64,000 nt of DNA from a virus: the IMG/VR virus record IMGVR_UViG_3300027861_000010; one strand, 5' to 3'. The translations under genes were made by a program, and so were the position numbers. This document shows, one piece after another, positions 62,569 through 64,000 of the stretch; positions within the stretch are counted from its first letter, which is position 1; every line of letters starts with the position of its first letter. Below the pieces are notes generated by a model. It was not told the origin of the DNA. It searched no databases and saw only the letters and a program-made list of their open reading frames with translations.

Positions 62569-63057
62569 ATGCCAGTAGTTTTTGCACGTAATACAGGCAG
62601 AGTGATCTCTGTTGAAGATAAGGTTGCCGCTGGAGCAATTCAGCTGGGTAATGTTGTTGGCGAGGGTGGACGGATTACGTATCAGGCCCACAACACGATC
62701 ATCACTCGGCTGGGAATCTCCGCAGCGGGGAACTTTCAGTTCTTACACACCATCGGTAATGACGTTTACGTTTACGTGTTCGGTGACCGCATGGGGCAGG
62801 TGCAATTGCACGGGTTGAGTTTCTCAGATAAATGTCCTGACAGCGGAGGAGGCGAAGATCATGGATTCGAGTTGCTGTTTCGGTGGTACACTGCAAACCG
62901 AATCGCAGCACGTAAAGCACCGGTGCGAGTGACCATCGGGCGTGGGACCAACTTCAATGGGTTTGTGACTGCGTTAACCGGCGATGTGCAGGATGCACTT
63001 CACCGCACGATCCAGTTTCAAATGACCATTTCCTTACTGCCTGACGTTGTGAATTGA
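62569..63057 (+). CDS. Baseplate/tube-initiator-like protein
   Basis: YVYVFGDRMGQVQLHGL; follows tape measure. Confidence 0.5.
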   Translation: MPVVFARNTGRVISVEDKVAAGAIQLGNVVGEGGRITYQAHNTIITRLGISAAGNFQFLHTIGNDVYVYVFGDRMGQVQLHGLSFSDKCPDSGGGEDHGFELLFRWYTANRIAARKAPVRVTIGRGTNFNGFVTALTGDVQDALHRTIQFQMTISLLPDVVN

Positions 63058-63064
63058 GGTCCAG

Positions 63065-63862
63065 ATGTATAACCACGCTCGCACATTGTTGATGAACATC
63101 GACGGCAGTTCTCGAACTTTCGACAACTACCCTGGCGATGAACTGATCCCAGAAGCTTATCGTCAGCTGGAGTTACCGACGTACCTGGATATCTTCCGGA
63201 TGCGGTTCTTTGGGGCGATGCCGGATCGTACCATGTTGAATTACCGCGTGGCTCAATTGTTGACGATGATTGAGTCAACTGAGTTACAGAGTCATGTCCT
63301 AGCCTTGGACTCTCGGCTCACTTATCCAAGTTCAGATACTCGGTTGTTCGACCCGGCAACGTTCGGCCCTACCGTTCGGCCACTGAATTTAGAGCCGGAT
63401 CCGGCAGCAGTGCTGACGTTGATTGGTTCAGCCATTTCGCCGGATTCCAGTGGGATTTGCCAGTACCAGTACGAGATCGTGACTGCAGGACCTGCCGACG
63501 TCAATATCGAACGTAAAACTACTCCGCCAACTACCGTCCAGAGCTCCTTTACGTTCACGGACGGATTGAGCAGCGTGATTGATCTCCCAATGTCTGGTTA
63601 CAAGTTTCGTATCAATTCGCAAGAAACTGACTTGAAGTGGCGAGTTGAGGGATTTCTGCGTCCGACAAGCGATCTGTACTCGATCGAAGAAGGCTTGCGA
63701 AGTGTCGGTGAGCCCTATCTGCTGCAACTGTTCGGAGTCTCCAACGAAGAACCCTATCTCACGTTCCGAAACTGCTGGGAGCGGCACCCTGAATTTGCGT
63801 ACCGACTTGGTGGTCTGGTGTTGGCCATGATTTACCGTACTGAGGAGATTATGAATGGCTAA
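63065..63862 (+). CDS. Hypothetical baseplate-region protein
   Basis: GAGG RBS; coupled to neighbours. Confidence 0.5.
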   Translation: MYNHARTLLMNIDGSSRTFDNYPGDELIPEAYRQLELPTYLDIFRMRFFGAMPDRTMLNYRVAQLLTMIESTELQSHVLALDSRLTYPSSDTRLFDPATFGPTVRPLNLEPDPAAVLTLIGSAISPDSSGICQYQYEIVTAGPADVNIERKTTPPTTVQSSFTFTDGLSSVIDLPMSGYKFRINSQETDLKWRVEGFLRPTSDLYSIEEGLRSVGEPYLLQLFGVSNEEPYLTFRNCWERHPEFAYRLGGLVLAMIYRTEEIMNG

Positions 63863-64000
63863 CCAGTCAGCCTTCTGGGCTTTGACAGACTTTTCCGGCC
63901 AAAACAATGGCGGCGGGGCTGAACTTTTTGTGATCGTGGCGGAAACTGAAATTCCGATTGCTCAGTTCTCGATGACATACGGACTCAATGCAATTCCAAC
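63855..64000 (+). CDS. 5' end of a probable baseplate hub protein (truncated by window edge)
   Basis: ATG 63855 after GAGGAG; MANQSAFW..FSMTYGLNAIP, open to the end. Confidence 0.45.
   Translation, partial: MANQSAFWALTDFSGQNNGGGAELFVIVAETEIPIAQFSMTYGLNAIP

Noticed and set aside
1-64000. CRISPR array, tRNA genes, DGR template/variable repeats, integrase or transposase
   Set aside because: No regularly spaced repeats, cloverleaf, reverse transcriptase or recombinase motifs recognised
1-64000. Stop-codon recoding
   Set aside because: Long genes are intact under code 11 and TAA, TAG and TGA all end genes

Overview
All 64 kb reads as one segment of a large contractile-tailed (myovirus-like) phage genome. 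It uses the standard code, is densely packed, and every credible gene but csrA is on the + strand. Order: (1) accessory/modification block, 0-7.7 kb: two sulfotransferase-like genes, a solo LuxR HTH, a putative ~200-nt structured ncRNA, csrA, a SET-domain methyltransferase, two SAM methyltransferases and a PRTase-HAD fusion; (2) class II ribonucleotide reductase with ATP-cone; (3) Gly-zipper proteins around a two-gene multisubunit RNA polymerase (beta fused to N-terminal beta-prime with NADFDGD, plus a separate C-terminal beta-prime carrying a ~630-aa appended domain); (4) head module: prohead protease, scaffold, decoration protein, major capsid protein, then a GT2 glycosyltransferase; (5) fibre/LamG module, neck, sheath, tube, spike, tail chaperones with a probable -1 frameshift, tape measure and start of the baseplate. 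The main candidate system is a protease-matured virion cargo. A K-x-A motif recurs through head, scaffold, SET, RNAP and Gly-zipper proteins. Both RNAP subunits have no cysteine and have lost both beta-prime zinc sites, and in the Gly-zipper proteins Cys is confined to the part upstream of a K-x-A (or K-A-G) site. This suggests an ejected RNAP plus membrane-inserting peptides (inference). Also notable: a 14-bp palindrome (AAAATCCGGATTTT) at six sites, and a GGA-containing structured RNA near csrA. Terminase, portal, RNAP alpha and sigma, tRNAs and CRISPR arrays were not recognised. Family calls come from motif recognition only; no database searches were run.
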